61,228 bases of DNA, from contig JAEUIV010000085.1 in NCBI GenBank assembly GCA_016795005.1, forward strand, positions 1 through 61,228, written 5' to 3'. The notes beneath the pieces are model-generated. The model did not search any database. It saw nothing but the letters and a program-made list of their open reading frames with translations, and had not been told where the DNA came from. Position numbers and translations under genes: made by a program. The DNA comes from Phycisphaerae bacterium. GTDB lineage: Bacteria > Planctomycetota > Phycisphaerae > Phycisphaerales > UBA1924. Shown here one piece after another: positions 27,075-37,187 of the stretch (position 1 is its first letter; each line of letters starts with the position of its first letter).

Positions 27075-30000
27075 ATGCGCGCGCCGACCCCACACCTCGA
27101 TCTCCTCCTCAACGACGCGGCGCTCCGCGCTCTCGCCGAGCGATTGGCGGGCGGAGCGCACGCCTCGGCGGTGGGCGCCTCGGGCTCCTCCACGGCTCTC
27201 GGTGCGGCCGCGATCGCCCGCCTGACGCGGCGGGCCGTCGTGCTCGTCGTTGCTCACCTGGACGACGCGGACGAGGCCGTGGACGAGTTGACCGCGGCCG
27301 GAGTCCAGTGCTCCCGGCTCCCGGCGCTCGAGTTCCTTCCCGGCGAGACCAGCGTCAGCCTTGAACTCTTTGCCGAGCGACTCTCGCTTGTAAGACGCAT
27401 CGCTTCGGGACGCCTCCCGGAGGTGATCGCGTGTCCTATCCAGGCGCTGATGCAGGCGGTCCCGGACCCCTCGCGCATCGAGCGGCTCATCACGACGGTC
27501 CGCCCCCGCGAGCGCCGCCCGCTGGCGACGCTCACGCGATGGCTGGACGCCGCCGGATACAAGCGGATCGATTCGATCGAAGACCCGGGCGACTTCGCCG
27601 TCCGCGGCGGGATCGTGGACATATTCCCCGCCAGCGGCCCCCCGGTTCGGCTCGATTTTTTCGGCGACGAGATCGAATCCATCACGGAGATCGATCTCGA
27701 GACGATGGGTTCGGGCCTGAAACTCGAAGAAGCGGAACTCATCGGCGCTCGACTCGCCGAGTCGGCGGAGCGTGATTCCGAAGCAACCGGGAGTCTCATC
27801 GAGTTGCTGCCGGAGGGCACGCTTTCGCTCCTGAGCGAAACGATCGAGATCACCGAGCAGGGCCGGGGCTACTACGAGCGGGTTCATGATTCTCGCGGCA
27901 TTTTCGGGCCGCCCGCTGTGTTCAAGACGCTGCGCGAGCGGACGCACGCGGTCGCTGAAATCAGCCAGTTCTCCGCCGCCTCGGCGTCGTCCGTGATGCT
28001 CAGCCTCCCCGTCCGCCCGCTGCCCGAACTGCCGCGCGACGCCTCCGAAGCGATCGCCGAACTCGGGAAGATGGCCTCGGATCATCGGGTGATCGTCTTC
28101 TGCCAGAACGAGGGCGAACTCTCCCGGCTGCACGAACTGACCGCTGAGTTTGCGCCCGGCGCCTCGATCGAAGGCCTCGCGTGCTACCTGCACCGCGGGT
28201 TCATCTGGGGGGACGAATCGGCACCGCGCCCCATGGCGTGCGTCCCGTACCACGAACTGCTTCACCGCTACAACACGCGCCGGCGCATCCGAAGGCTCAA
28301 GGCCGGCCGCGCGACCGATGCCTTCCTCGAAATCAACATCGGCGATTACGTCGTTCACACGGACCATGGCGTGGCGCGCTTCATCGGACTCAAGACCATG
28401 AAGCCGATGGCCCCGAAACCGACGGCGGATCAGCGCGCGGAGGACCGTCTCGCCGCGCGCCCGCGGGCGCGCGGAGCGGAGAAGGGCGGACGCGCCGCCG
28501 ACTCGCCGTCGCTCGCGGAGGAGTACCTCGTGCTCGAGTTCGCGGGACGCTCGCGGCTGAACGTCCCCGTCTCCCAGATCGACAAGGTGCAGCGATACAT
28601 CGGCGGATTCTCCGGAAAGCCCCCCCTCTCCACCCTCGGCGGCAAACGCTGGGAGGGACAGAAGGAGCGAGTTCGTGAGAGTGTTCGCGACCTTGCGGGC
28701 GAACTCCTCCGCATCCAGGCGGCACGCGAATCCATGCCGGGCATCCGGTTCCCAGACGATACCGCGTGGCAACGCGAGTTCGAGGCCGAGTTCCCCTACG
28801 AGGAAACCGATGACCAGCTCGCCGCGATGGTCGAGATCAAGAAGGACATGACCCGTCCCCGCCCGATGGACCGGCTGCTCTGCGGCGACGTGGGATACGG
28901 GAAGACCGAACTGGCCATCCGCGCCGCCTTCAAGGCCGTGGAGTTCGGCAAGCAGGCCGCGGTGCTCGTGCCGACGACTCTCCTCGCCGAGCAGCACGAG
29001 CGCACCTTCCGTCAGCGATTCGCCGACTACCCTTTCCGCATCGAGAGCCTCTCCCGGTTCAAGTCCACGAAGCAGCAGAACGACGTGCTCGCCGCGACAC
29101 GGAAGGGGCAGGTGGATGTTCTCATCGGCACGCACCGCATCCTCTCGAAGGACGTGAAGTTCGCCGACCTCGGGGTCGTCATCGTGGACGAAGAGCAGCG
29201 CTTCGGCGTCGAGCACAAGAACGCGCTGCTGGCGCTGCGGCTGACGGTGGATGTCCTCACGCTGAGCGCCACGCCCATCCCGCGCACGCTGCACATGGCG
29301 ATGCTCGGCCTGCGGGATATCAGTTCGCTCAGCACCCCTCCCCTCGACCGCCGAGCCGTCGTGACCGAGGTGATCCCCTACAACGAGAAGCGCGTCCAGC
29401 AGGCGATCCGCCGCGAACTCGCGCGCGAGGGCCAGGTCTACTTCGTCCACAACCGCGTCCACAACATCCGGTCCGTCGCGGACGACCTGCAGCGGCTCGC
29501 CCCCGACGCGCGGATCATCATCGGCCACGGGCAGATGCCCGACGATGAACTCGAAGAGGTCATGCGGAAGTTCGTGAACCGCGAGGCGGACATCCTCGTC
29601 TCGACCACCATCATCGAGAGCGGCATCGACATCCCGACCGCGAACACCATGTTCATCAACAACGCCGACCGCTTCGGTCTCGCCGACCTGCACCAACTCC
29701 GCGGCCGCGTCGGTCGATACAAGCACCGCGCGTATTGCTACCTCCTCCTTCCCGCGGACCGGCCGGTGACCGATATCGCGTCCCGGCGGCTGCGCGCCAT
29801 CGAAGAGTTCAGCATGCTCGGCGCCGGATTCAAGATCGCGATGCGCGACCTCGAAATCCGCGGCGCGGGCAACCTGCTCGGCGCGGAGCAATCGGGCCAC
29901 ATCGCCGCCGTGGGATACGACATGTACTGCCGCCTCATGGAGCAGGCGGCCCGCGAACTCAAGCACGAACAGACCGGCGAGCCGGCCGATACCACGATCG

Positions 30001-30485
30001 AGATCGGCGTCTCCGGCTCGTTCCCGAAGTCGTACATCCCGAGCGAATCACGCCGACTCGAAGCGTACCGCCGAGTGGGCGCGGCACGCACGCACGAGGA
30101 ACTCTCGAAGATCGAACAAGACCTGAAGCACGCCTACGGCGAGCCGCCCGCCGGCGTGGTCACGGCGCTCGACCTGGCACGCCTCCGCGTCGCGGCGATG
30201 ACCATGGGTGTCCGCTCGATCGCCCTCCACGAGCAGGACGTGATCTTCCGCTGCCGATCCTCCGACTCCGTCGATCGAGTCGTCGCGGCGCTGCAGGGCG
30301 TGCAGGGGACCGTCCGCCCCCTCTCGAAGAAACCGGGTGACACGATGCAGGAGGTGTATTTCCGCCCGCCGACCGCCTATCTCGAACCCGGAACGCTGCT
30401 GACGGTGCTGAGGCGAAGGCTCTCTCCCACACCGGCCGAGCACCCTACGGACAAGGCGCTCCCCAGAACCCAAGCACCTCCGTGA
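27075..30485 (+). CDS. mfd: Transcription-repair coupling factor
   Basis: About 1136 aa. The helicase motif I is LCGDVGYGKTELAIRAAF and motif II is DEEQRFGV. The C-terminal TRCF domain is present. Confidence 0.9.
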   Translation: MRAPTPHLDLLLNDAALRALAERLAGGAHASAVGASGSSTALGAAAIARLTRRAVVLVVAHLDDADEAVDELTAAGVQCSRLPALEFLPGETSVSLELFAERLSLVRRIASGRLPEVIACPIQALMQAVPDPSRIERLITTVRPRERRPLATLTRWLDAAGYKRIDSIEDPGDFAVRGGIVDIFPASGPPVRLDFFGDEIESITEIDLETMGSGLKLEEAELIGARLAESAERDSEATGSLIELLPEGTLSLLSETIEITEQGRGYYERVHDSRGIFGPPAVFKTLRERTHAVAEISQFSAASASSVMLSLPVRPLPELPRDASEAIAELGKMASDHRVIVFCQNEGELSRLHELTAEFAPGASIEGLACYLHRGFIWGDESAPRPMACVPYHELLHRYNTRRRIRRLKAGRATDAFLEINIGDYVVHTDHGVARFIGLKTMKPMAPKPTADQRAEDRLAARPRARGAEKGGRAADSPSLAEEYLVLEFAGRSRLNVPVSQIDKVQRYIGGFSGKPPLSTLGGKRWEGQKERVRESVRDLAGELLRIQAARESMPGIRFPDDTAWQREFEAEFPYEETDDQLAAMVEIKKDMTRPRPMDRLLCGDVGYGKTELAIRAAFKAVEFGKQAAVLVPTTLLAEQHERTFRQRFADYPFRIESLSRFKSTKQQNDVLAATRKGQVDVLIGTHRILSKDVKFADLGVVIVDEEQRFGVEHKNALLALRLTVDVLTLSATPIPRTLHMAMLGLRDISSLSTPPLDRRAVVTEVIPYNEKRVQQAIRRELAREGQVYFVHNRVHNIRSVADDLQRLAPDARIIIGHGQMPDDELEEVMRKFVNREADILVSTTIIESGIDIPTANTMFINNADRFGLADLHQLRGRVGRYKHRAYCYLLLPADRPVTDIASRRLRAIEEFSMLGAGFKIAMRDLEIRGAGNLLGAEQSGHIAAVGYDMYCRLMEQAARELKHEQTGEPADTTIEIGVSGSFPKSYIPSESRRLEAYRRVGAARTHEELSKIEQDLKHAYGEPPAGVVTALDLARLRVAAMTMGVRSIALHEQDVIFRCRSSDSVDRVVAALQGVQGTVRPLSKKPGDTMQEVYFRPPTAYLEPGTLLTVLRRRLSPTPAEHPTDKALPRTQAPP

Positions 30486-33309
30486 CATCGGCGAACGAGA
30501 CGATCCCATCGTTGTTCGCGTCGCCGAACGGGCCGATGGCCCCCCAGTTTGAGAGCACGCTCGTCATGTCCGCGAAGTCGACCACACCGTCGAGGTTCGC
30601 GTCGCCCGGGCACCTCGGCGGGGCCGGGACGATCGTCGCCGTCCGCGTCGCGGACAACCCGAGCGGGTCCGTCACGGTCAGCACAAACTCCCAGAAGAAC
30701 GTGTCGGTGCTCTGTCCGTGGGGACTGATCTGCGACGATGATGTGCAGTTCGGATCGGGCGGCTCCGGGTGCGTGTGCGCGTTGTGGTGCAGCACCGTGA
30801 TCCACTGGCACGCCAGGCTTTCCGTCGCGTGCTCGGCGTCGGAAATCATGGATGTCAGCGGCTGCGTGAAGGAGAGATCGGGGTTGTAGAGATCGCCGTC
30901 GATGGGCGAGGTGATCTCGACGCTCGGAGGCGTGTTGTTGATCCAGACGGGAACGACCTCGGTGTCGCAGAAGGCGATCTGGTCGCACACCGTCAGCGTG
31001 GCATCAAACCGCCTCGGCGCGCCGGGATTCAACGGCACCGCGTTCACGCGGAACTCCGCCTGCGAGACAAAGTTCGCGCTCCCGCCCGGATTGCCCGCGA
31101 TGCGGATGCCCGTGCCGACAACCGGCGGAAACGTCACGGCGAACGTCTCGCAGTTCACCCCGTTGTTCCCCGGGTAGGACGGCGTCACCGTTACTCCGGG
31201 CACCGCCGTCCAGACACCCGTCACCGGATGCCGGAACTCGAACTGCGCCGAATCCCACCAGCCGCCGTCGCCGAAGTGGATCCCCTCCTGGATCCGCAGA
31301 CTCGTGAAGGTCCGCGCCGCCGGGAACGTGTAGCCGATGTAGTCAAAGTTCCCCTGGTCGCCCGCGTGGTACGTGTCAAACTGCGTCGCGGAGTTGTTCG
31401 ATCCGACCGGCGGGTAGAAGCCGTCCCGGATGATCTCCGGGTCGTGATTCCCGCCGCCGATGGGGTTCGGCGGGTTCAGTTCGAACACACGCGCGACGAT
31501 CGTTCCGGTCGCGGTGATGTCCTCGGTGTCCTGGTACAGGTGAGTCGGGTTCGCCGCGGTGCTCGTCGGCGAGCCGTCGCCGAAGTCCCAGAGGTAGGTG
31601 ATCGCCGCCCCCTCGGGGTCGAACGAGCCGAGCGAACTGAACTGCACGCTCAGCGGCGAAGGACCGAAGGTCGGACCGGCCGAGCCGACGGCGACCGGGG
31701 GCAGATTGGTGTTCCCCAGGTAGGCGATCCGCCGGACCTCCGACGAGCCTACCTCGTTGTAACGGATGTAGAACAGCCCGCCCTCGGTCGGACTGGTTTC
31801 GAGATCGACGACGCCGCCGGCCTGACCCTCCGGAACAAACTCGCGCACAGCCGTGGGATTGTCCATCGCGTCGAAGACGAACGCGCGGATCCAGCCGCTC
31901 ACGTAGTCCCCGTGGTAGTAGACGTTGGTGTAGTCAGCGGGGAAGTCGGACCCCGTGTACCACGTTCCGCCGGTGGAACTGAATCCGCCGAACTGCGCAC
32001 CCGTCACGGGCGACCCCGGGGCGCCCACGTTGATCACCGCCGCGTTATTCCCGATGAAGATGCCGGTCCGCGACGGGCTGCTCCCGTGCCCGTAGTCGAT
32101 CTTCGGGCGTGTGTGCTCGTGCGTCGGCGTGGTCGCGGGGATCTGGAACGATGCGTTGCACGGGTTGGGGAAGGACGTGGCCCCGAGCGTTTCCTGGACG
32201 ATGAGGTTGCTGAACGTGAAGAACTGCTGCGTGCAGCCGCCGACGCCGAAGCGCGGGTTGGGAGCGGTGAGGTTCGCGACGTTTGCCCCGGCGTACCCGC
32301 CCCGGACCTCCAGCCCTTCAAAGTAGGGCCAGCCGAAGTTCGTCCGCGCCTCGCGGCAGACGTTGATCTCCTCCCACCAGCCCCACCCGACATCGCCGAT
32401 GTACAACGTCCCCGGGTTGGCATCATTCGGGTTCGTGCTCCCGGTTCCGGGACGGAGGCACGCCCGGAAGGGGTTGCGCAGACCCATCGCCCAGACGCGG
32501 GACTGCGGCGCCCGGGGAGAACCGGGCAGATAGAACGGGTTGCTGGGCACGCCGTCGCCGGTCGCCGGGTCGATCCGCAGCACCTTTCCGCTGTGCGACG
32601 CGATCAGTTGCGCGCGCCACGCTCCCACGTTTTCCGCCGGGGTGATGATGCCGTCGGCCAGCGCGGTATTGCTCGATCCGCTGGCGGTCCCCCCGTGATC
32701 GAAGGTCTCGTATGAGGCGCCGTCGCCGCAGGTCAGCAGCAGCGTCCCGTCGGGCGAGAAGACGAGCGTGCCCGCGCCGTGCGATTGGTGCGGAATCGGG
32801 ATGCCCGTCGTGATCGTCTCACCGATGAGCACGGTGCGCGAACCGGGGAGCACCGTGCGGAACCCCGTCGCCGGGTCGCACTGGTACCTCGTCAGCCGCG
32901 CGATCGTATCGCGGAAGTATTGGTTCGAGTTCGGGTTGTACGCCGGCGTGCCGAAGTTCACGAGATGGTGATAGTCCACGACGTACAGCAGGTAGATGTA
33001 CCCGTTGGTGTAGAACGCGGGATCAATCGCGAAGCCGAGCAGCCCGTGATCGCGCCAGTCCCCCACTTCTTCGCTGATGTTGACGAGCGGCGTCGCCGAC
33101 TGCTGGCCGTTCTCGAAGTTCCACACCCGGCCGCCCTTTTCCCACACGAACATCCGCCCATCCGGCGCGAACGTGAGACCGACCGCCTGGTTCCAGGTTC
33201 CACCGACCGGGAGATCCACAAACCCGGGCGGCAGCGCCCGCAGAGGACCGCACGCCAGCAGCGAAGAGACGATCGCCGCCAATCGAATGACCACGCGCCG
33301 TACCGCCAT
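30445..33309 (-). CDS. Secreted multidomain protein: glucose/sorbosone-dehydrogenase-like beta-propeller, PKD, galactose-binding-like domain, dockerin-like C-terminus
   Basis: 954 aa with a signal peptide. The N-terminal propeller begins LPPGFVDLPVGG...GLTFAPDGRMFVWEKGGRVW. The PKD motif is PLSVQFSSLGSFDPEGAAITYLWDFGDGS. The C-terminal duplicated Ca-binding loops are GDANLDGVVDFADM and GDANNDGIVSFADV. Confidence 0.75.
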   Translation of the reverse strand: MAVRRVVIRLAAIVSSLLACGPLRALPPGFVDLPVGGTWNQAVGLTFAPDGRMFVWEKGGRVWNFENGQQSATPLVNISEEVGDWRDHGLLGFAIDPAFYTNGYIYLLYVVDYHHLVNFGTPAYNPNSNQYFRDTIARLTRYQCDPATGFRTVLPGSRTVLIGETITTGIPIPHQSHGAGTLVFSPDGTLLLTCGDGASYETFDHGGTASGSSNTALADGIITPAENVGAWRAQLIASHSGKVLRIDPATGDGVPSNPFYLPGSPRAPQSRVWAMGLRNPFRACLRPGTGSTNPNDANPGTLYIGDVGWGWWEEINVCREARTNFGWPYFEGLEVRGGYAGANVANLTAPNPRFGVGGCTQQFFTFSNLIVQETLGATSFPNPCNASFQIPATTPTHEHTRPKIDYGHGSSPSRTGIFIGNNAAVINVGAPGSPVTGAQFGGFSSTGGTWYTGSDFPADYTNVYYHGDYVSGWIRAFVFDAMDNPTAVREFVPEGQAGGVVDLETSPTEGGLFYIRYNEVGSSEVRRIAYLGNTNLPPVAVGSAGPTFGPSPLSVQFSSLGSFDPEGAAITYLWDFGDGSPTSTAANPTHLYQDTEDITATGTIVARVFELNPPNPIGGGNHDPEIIRDGFYPPVGSNNSATQFDTYHAGDQGNFDYIGYTFPAARTFTSLRIQEGIHFGDGGWWDSAQFEFRHPVTGVWTAVPGVTVTPSYPGNNGVNCETFAVTFPPVVGTGIRIAGNPGGSANFVSQAEFRVNAVPLNPGAPRRFDATLTVCDQIAFCDTEVVPVWINNTPPSVEITSPIDGDLYNPDLSFTQPLTSMISDAEHATESLACQWITVLHHNAHTHPEPPDPNCTSSSQISPHGQSTDTFFWEFVLTVTDPLGLSATRTATIVPAPPRCPGDANLDGVVDFADMTSVLSNWGAIGPFGDANNDGIVSFADVTEVLGFWGAPCP

Positions 33310-33389
33310 GGAAAGGCCCTCCAGCGAAAACGTTCAATCACCCGGTCAACCATGCGCCGAATTCGACGCGAAGCAACCGGGATCATCGG

Positions 33390-33424
33390 AAAACAAAGAA
33401 GCCTGCCTTGGGTTCAAGGCAGGC
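33390..33424 (-). terminator. Intrinsic terminator downstream of tRNA-Gly
   Basis: A 9-bp stem (GCCTGCCTT 33401-33409 pairs with AAGGCAGGC 33416-33424) has a 6-nt loop. On the minus strand it is followed by TTCTTTGTTTT. Confidence 0.75.
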
Positions 33425-33436
33425 CTCGTCGAAAAA

Positions 33437-33508
33437 AGCGGGCGAAGGGGCTTGAACCCTCGACCTACACGTTGGCAACGTGTCGCTCTACCACTGAGCT
33501 ACGCCCGC
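33437..33508 (-). tRNA. tRNA-Gly (anticodon GCC)
   Basis: The minus-strand sequence GCGGGCGTAGCTCAGTGGTAGAGCGACACGTTGCCAACGTGTAGGTCGAGGGTTCAAGCCCCTTCGCCCGCT folds as a 72-nt cloverleaf. The anticodon loop is TTGCCAA, a GTTCAAG T-loop is present, and CCA is not encoded. Confidence 0.9.
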
Positions 33509-33596
33509 GGGATGTCGCCGAAGGCGGCAGAGGCCGACCGACGGGCCAAGAAAAGTACGGCTGAACCGGGGCGGTGTCAACGTCCGGGTAACGGGA

Positions 33597-35645
33597 TCAT
33601 CGCCCACGGGCCGATTCGAGCGCCCGGAGCACCTGGTCGGACGTGTAGGCGTTGGAAAGCCACGGTTCCTTCAACCCCGGCCCTTCCACCACCAGCAGGG
33701 GGATCCCCGTCTGGCCCAAGGCCCGGAGTCGCTCCCAGCCCGGAGCCTTGGTGCTCGTCAGGTCCACCTCGAACAGCACGGCGCCGGACGATTCGAGCGC
33801 CGGCTTGACCGGGGCTCGATCGAGCACCGCTGCCTTGAGGGTCTTGCAGTTCAGGCACCACTCCGCGGTGAAGTCGAGCACGATCACTTTCTTCTCCCGC
33901 CGTGCCCGCTCGTGGAGCGCTTCCGAATAGTGAAGCCAGACCCCGGGAACCAGCGGCCCCGCTCCCGCCGCCCCCGCGAGCGCCGCGTACTGCTTCTCGT
34001 ACTCGTCGCGGACCGAGGCGGTCCGCGTCTGCGCCGCGGCCAGCGCGACCCCGCCGATGACCAGCCCGACGATCGTGAAGACGAATCGCGGCCCCGATCG
34101 CGTGGTGATCTGGAACGTACGGAACATCAGCCACAGCCCGGCGAGCGCGCCGAAGACCGCCGCGGCCCACCAGTGGAGCAGCGTGCCGATGTACGGGGCG
34201 TCCTGCACGAGCGCGATCAACCCGGAGCCGACGAAATACGCCGCCGCCGCGAGAAGGAGCAGCCCCATCACCTGCTTCACCAACTCCGAAGCCGGCCCGG
34301 TGCGCGGCAGTCGATCCAGCCAGTGAGGCTTCGCCGCCAGCACAAAGTACGGGAGCGCCATGCCGACGCCCATCGCGCCGAAGATGACGATGGTGCTGGC
34401 CGGGCCGAACGTCGCCGCCGCGGGAAGGAGCGCCCCCGCGACGAACCCGAAGCAGGGCAATCCCAGCACCGCCGTCATCACCCCGAAGAAAAAGGAACCC
34501 GCCGGCGACTCCGCCTCCGGGTTCACCATGTAGACCGCCTGCGGCAGGTTGATCGAGAAAAGACCCAGGATCCCAAGCCCCATCAGACCGATCAGCAGGC
34601 CGATCCCGGTGGTGAGCCACCAGATGCCAAAGAGCCTCGACGGGTCGGCAAACGCCGACACAAACGCCGCCGGGACACCGAGCGCCAGCCAGAAGGCGAT
34701 CACCCCCAGCGCCATGAACGCCCCGAGTACCAGCGAACGACGGGGTGAGCCGGCCTGCTTGACCAGCGTCAGAATCTTGATCGGGATCACCGGCAGGACG
34801 CAAGGCGTCAGGTTCAGGATGAACCCCCCCACCGCGCCGAGAGCCGCGAGCACGAGAAATCCCATCGGCCCGGTCAGACCCGCGAGCGATACTCCAAAGA
34901 ACGTCGAACCTGCCGGAGTGATCGGTGAAGCAGGAGTCCCGGGCGTCGTCGGCGTCTGATCGCCGCCGACCACGTCCGCGCCCGAGCGCATCCGCTCGAA
35001 CACGGATGCATCAAAGGATCGGAACGCGGGGCCGCCGGCGAACGCCCCCCCGTCCGGCGCGATCTCAAGACTGATCGTGAGTTCCTTCTCTTCGGGCGCT
35101 TCGCAGAGCGTCTCGTCGCACGCCTGATAGCCGACCGTGAAGGTGAGCGTGGCCGGACCGATCGGCGCATCAGGCGAGACGAGGATCGGGACAAAGATCA
35201 TCGCCGCGTCCTGATAGAGGGGGACCGTGATCGTCTGGCCGGGATTGTTGAAATCGGCCACCTTCCCCGGTTGAGGCTCCGGCCATTGCGTCCGCCCCAA
35301 CACTCCGATCCAACCCGGGCGCGAGGGCACGACCAGCGATGTGCGGATGGCAAACTCGGCGATGTCAGGGGGCAGGACGTCCTGCTCCGCCGAGGGCCAC
35401 GCATGCCAGCCCTTGGCAAAGGACATCTTCACCGCGACGACGAACTCTTTTCCCGGCGCCGCCTTCTGAGGCGACGCCTCCGTCGAAAGCCTGACCTTCG
35501 GCCCGTCCGCCGCCTGCTCCCCGGCAGGCCGCTTGAAGGATGACGCACCGAGGTCGGGGAAAGCCTGTGCGAGGCAGTAGGGCGAAACCATCATCGCCAG
35601 CGAGGCAACGACCAGACGAACCAGGTTTATTCGTGTTTGATTCAT
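33597..35645 (-). CDS. dsbD: Thiol:disulfide interchange protein DsbD family
   Basis: 682 aa. A signal peptide and periplasmic N-domain precede a TM core with LTPCVLPVIP. The C-terminal thioredoxin domain has DFTAEWCLNCK. Confidence 0.85.
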   Translation of the reverse strand: MNQTRINLVRLVVASLAMMVSPYCLAQAFPDLGASSFKRPAGEQAADGPKVRLSTEASPQKAAPGKEFVVAVKMSFAKGWHAWPSAEQDVLPPDIAEFAIRTSLVVPSRPGWIGVLGRTQWPEPQPGKVADFNNPGQTITVPLYQDAAMIFVPILVSPDAPIGPATLTFTVGYQACDETLCEAPEEKELTISLEIAPDGGAFAGGPAFRSFDASVFERMRSGADVVGGDQTPTTPGTPASPITPAGSTFFGVSLAGLTGPMGFLVLAALGAVGGFILNLTPCVLPVIPIKILTLVKQAGSPRRSLVLGAFMALGVIAFWLALGVPAAFVSAFADPSRLFGIWWLTTGIGLLIGLMGLGILGLFSINLPQAVYMVNPEAESPAGSFFFGVMTAVLGLPCFGFVAGALLPAAATFGPASTIVIFGAMGVGMALPYFVLAAKPHWLDRLPRTGPASELVKQVMGLLLLAAAAYFVGSGLIALVQDAPYIGTLLHWWAAAVFGALAGLWLMFRTFQITTRSGPRFVFTIVGLVIGGVALAAAQTRTASVRDEYEKQYAALAGAAGAGPLVPGVWLHYSEALHERARREKKVIVLDFTAEWCLNCKTLKAAVLDRAPVKPALESSGAVLFEVDLTSTKAPGWERLRALGQTGIPLLVVEGPGLKEPWLSNAYTSDQVLRALESARGR

Positions 35646-35812
35646 GAGCCGAGGAGTCTAATCGTGACCCCGGGGTGTACCCGCCCGGACACCAACTCGT
35701 TCCAGGCCGGGCCGATTCCGCGGAAATCCGCGGCCGCCTCAAGCCCGAGCGGGCCGGGGGTCGATAGGGGCTTCAGGCGCGGTGATTGCGCCGAAGGCCA
35801 TTCGGAGCGTCG

Positions 35813-36823
35813 ATGTCGGACGTACTTGACCAGGCAGAGGTGGATGCACTCCTCGCGGCGGTGGACACCGGCGACGTGGCGGAGGTCACCACCCCGGTCC
35901 AGATCATCAGCCGGCACCGGAAGACCCTCGAGGGCGTCGAGGTCCGCCCCTACGACTTCAAGAGGCCCGAGCGCGTCAGCAAGGACCAGATGCGCGCGCT
36001 CGAAACCCTGCACGAGGCGTTTGCCCGCAACTTCGGAGCGTCCGTCTCCGGATTCCTGCGCACGATCGTCGAGGTTAAGGTCGCGATGTGCGACCAGATG
36101 ACCTATTCCGAGTTCATCGCATCGCTGCCCAACCCGACTTCGTTCAACCTGCTCACCGCCGCCCCTCTTGAGGGGAACATCTGCCTTGAAATCAGCCCGC
36201 TCATCGTTTATCCGATCATTGATCGCCTGCTCGGCGGCACGAACCAGGAGCTCTTCATCCCGCAGCGTCCGCTCACGCTGATCGAGCAGCGGCTGATCAA
36301 CAAGGTCACGCAGCGGGCCATCGATTCGCTCCGCGAAGCGTGGGAGGGGATCAAGGAGCTTGAGATCCAGCTCCAGGACAGCGAATCGAACCCGCACCTG
36401 GTCCAGATCGTGCCGCCGAACGAGGTGGTCGTCGTCATCGGCTTCGAACTGAAAATGGCGACGCGCGCCGGGACGATGAACCTGTGCATTCCTTACAACG
36501 TGATCGAGCCGATCATGGCCTCTCTCTCGGCCCAATCGTGGTTCAGTTCAGGCCGGACCCGAGGCTCCCCCGAGTTTTCGACGCGGATCTCGAGAAAGTT
36601 GTCCCGGGCGGCGCTCGATGTCACCGCGGTGCTCGCCCGGACGAGCATCACCCTCAGCGACCTGCTGAACCTCGAAGTCGGCGACGTCCTGATGACCGAG
36701 ACCCCGGCCTCTCAGCCAGCCACGCTGTGCGTTGACGGCCGGGAAAAGTTCTACGCGAACGTCGGCCAGATCGACGGCGCCCGGGCGCTCCGCGTCACCA
36801 GCGCGATCGAGCGCGACGACTGA
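35813..36823 (+). CDS. fliM: Flagellar motor switch protein FliM
   Basis: The N-terminal CheY-P-binding-like motif is LDQAEVDALL. The core is RPYDFKRPERVSKDQMRALETLHEAFARNF, and a C-terminal FliN-like SpoA segment is present. Confidence 0.85.
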   Translation: MSDVLDQAEVDALLAAVDTGDVAEVTTPVQIISRHRKTLEGVEVRPYDFKRPERVSKDQMRALETLHEAFARNFGASVSGFLRTIVEVKVAMCDQMTYSEFIASLPNPTSFNLLTAAPLEGNICLEISPLIVYPIIDRLLGGTNQELFIPQRPLTLIEQRLINKVTQRAIDSLREAWEGIKELEIQLQDSESNPHLVQIVPPNEVVVVIGFELKMATRAGTMNLCIPYNVIEPIMASLSAQSWFSSGRTRGSPEFSTRISRKLSRAALDVTAVLARTSITLSDLLNLEVGDVLMTETPASQPATLCVDGREKFYANVGQIDGARALRVTSAIERDD

Positions 36824-36827
36824 TCCG

Positions 36828-37187
36828 TCACGAGCCTTGCTGCAGGCGGGAAATCGCGGTCTCCACGGCGGCCTCGCACGCAAACTTCCGGTCGAGTTTC
36901 AGCATCTTGAGGAACGCCTGCTGGCGCTGAGGCACCGAGGCGAGCACCAGCCCAGCCCCGCGATCGCGGCAGAACTCCTGAACCTGAAGCAGCGCGGCGA
37001 TCCCGATCGACGACACCAGCCCGACCTCCGTCATGTCGAGGATCACCCCGGCGCCGTCGCGGTTTGGAAGCGACCGCATCACCGCGGCGCGCAGCGGTTC
37101 GGCGGATTCATGATTCAGTTCGCGCGGCACGGCGACGACGAGTATGGACTCGTCCCGGCCCGCCAATCTGTGGGTGATCTCGATCAC
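36828..37187 (-). CDS. STAS-domain anti-sigma-factor antagonist
   Basis: 119 aa. VILDMTEVGLVSSIGIAALL with the conserved Ser context, followed by LVLASVPQRQQAFLKMLKLDRKF, is typical of SpoIIAA/RsbV-like proteins. Confidence 0.85.
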   Translation of the reverse strand: MIEITHRLAGRDESILVVAVPRELNHESAEPLRAAVMRSLPNRDGAGVILDMTEVGLVSSIGIAALLQVQEFCRDRGAGLVLASVPQRQQAFLKMLKLDRKFACEAAVETAISRLQQGS

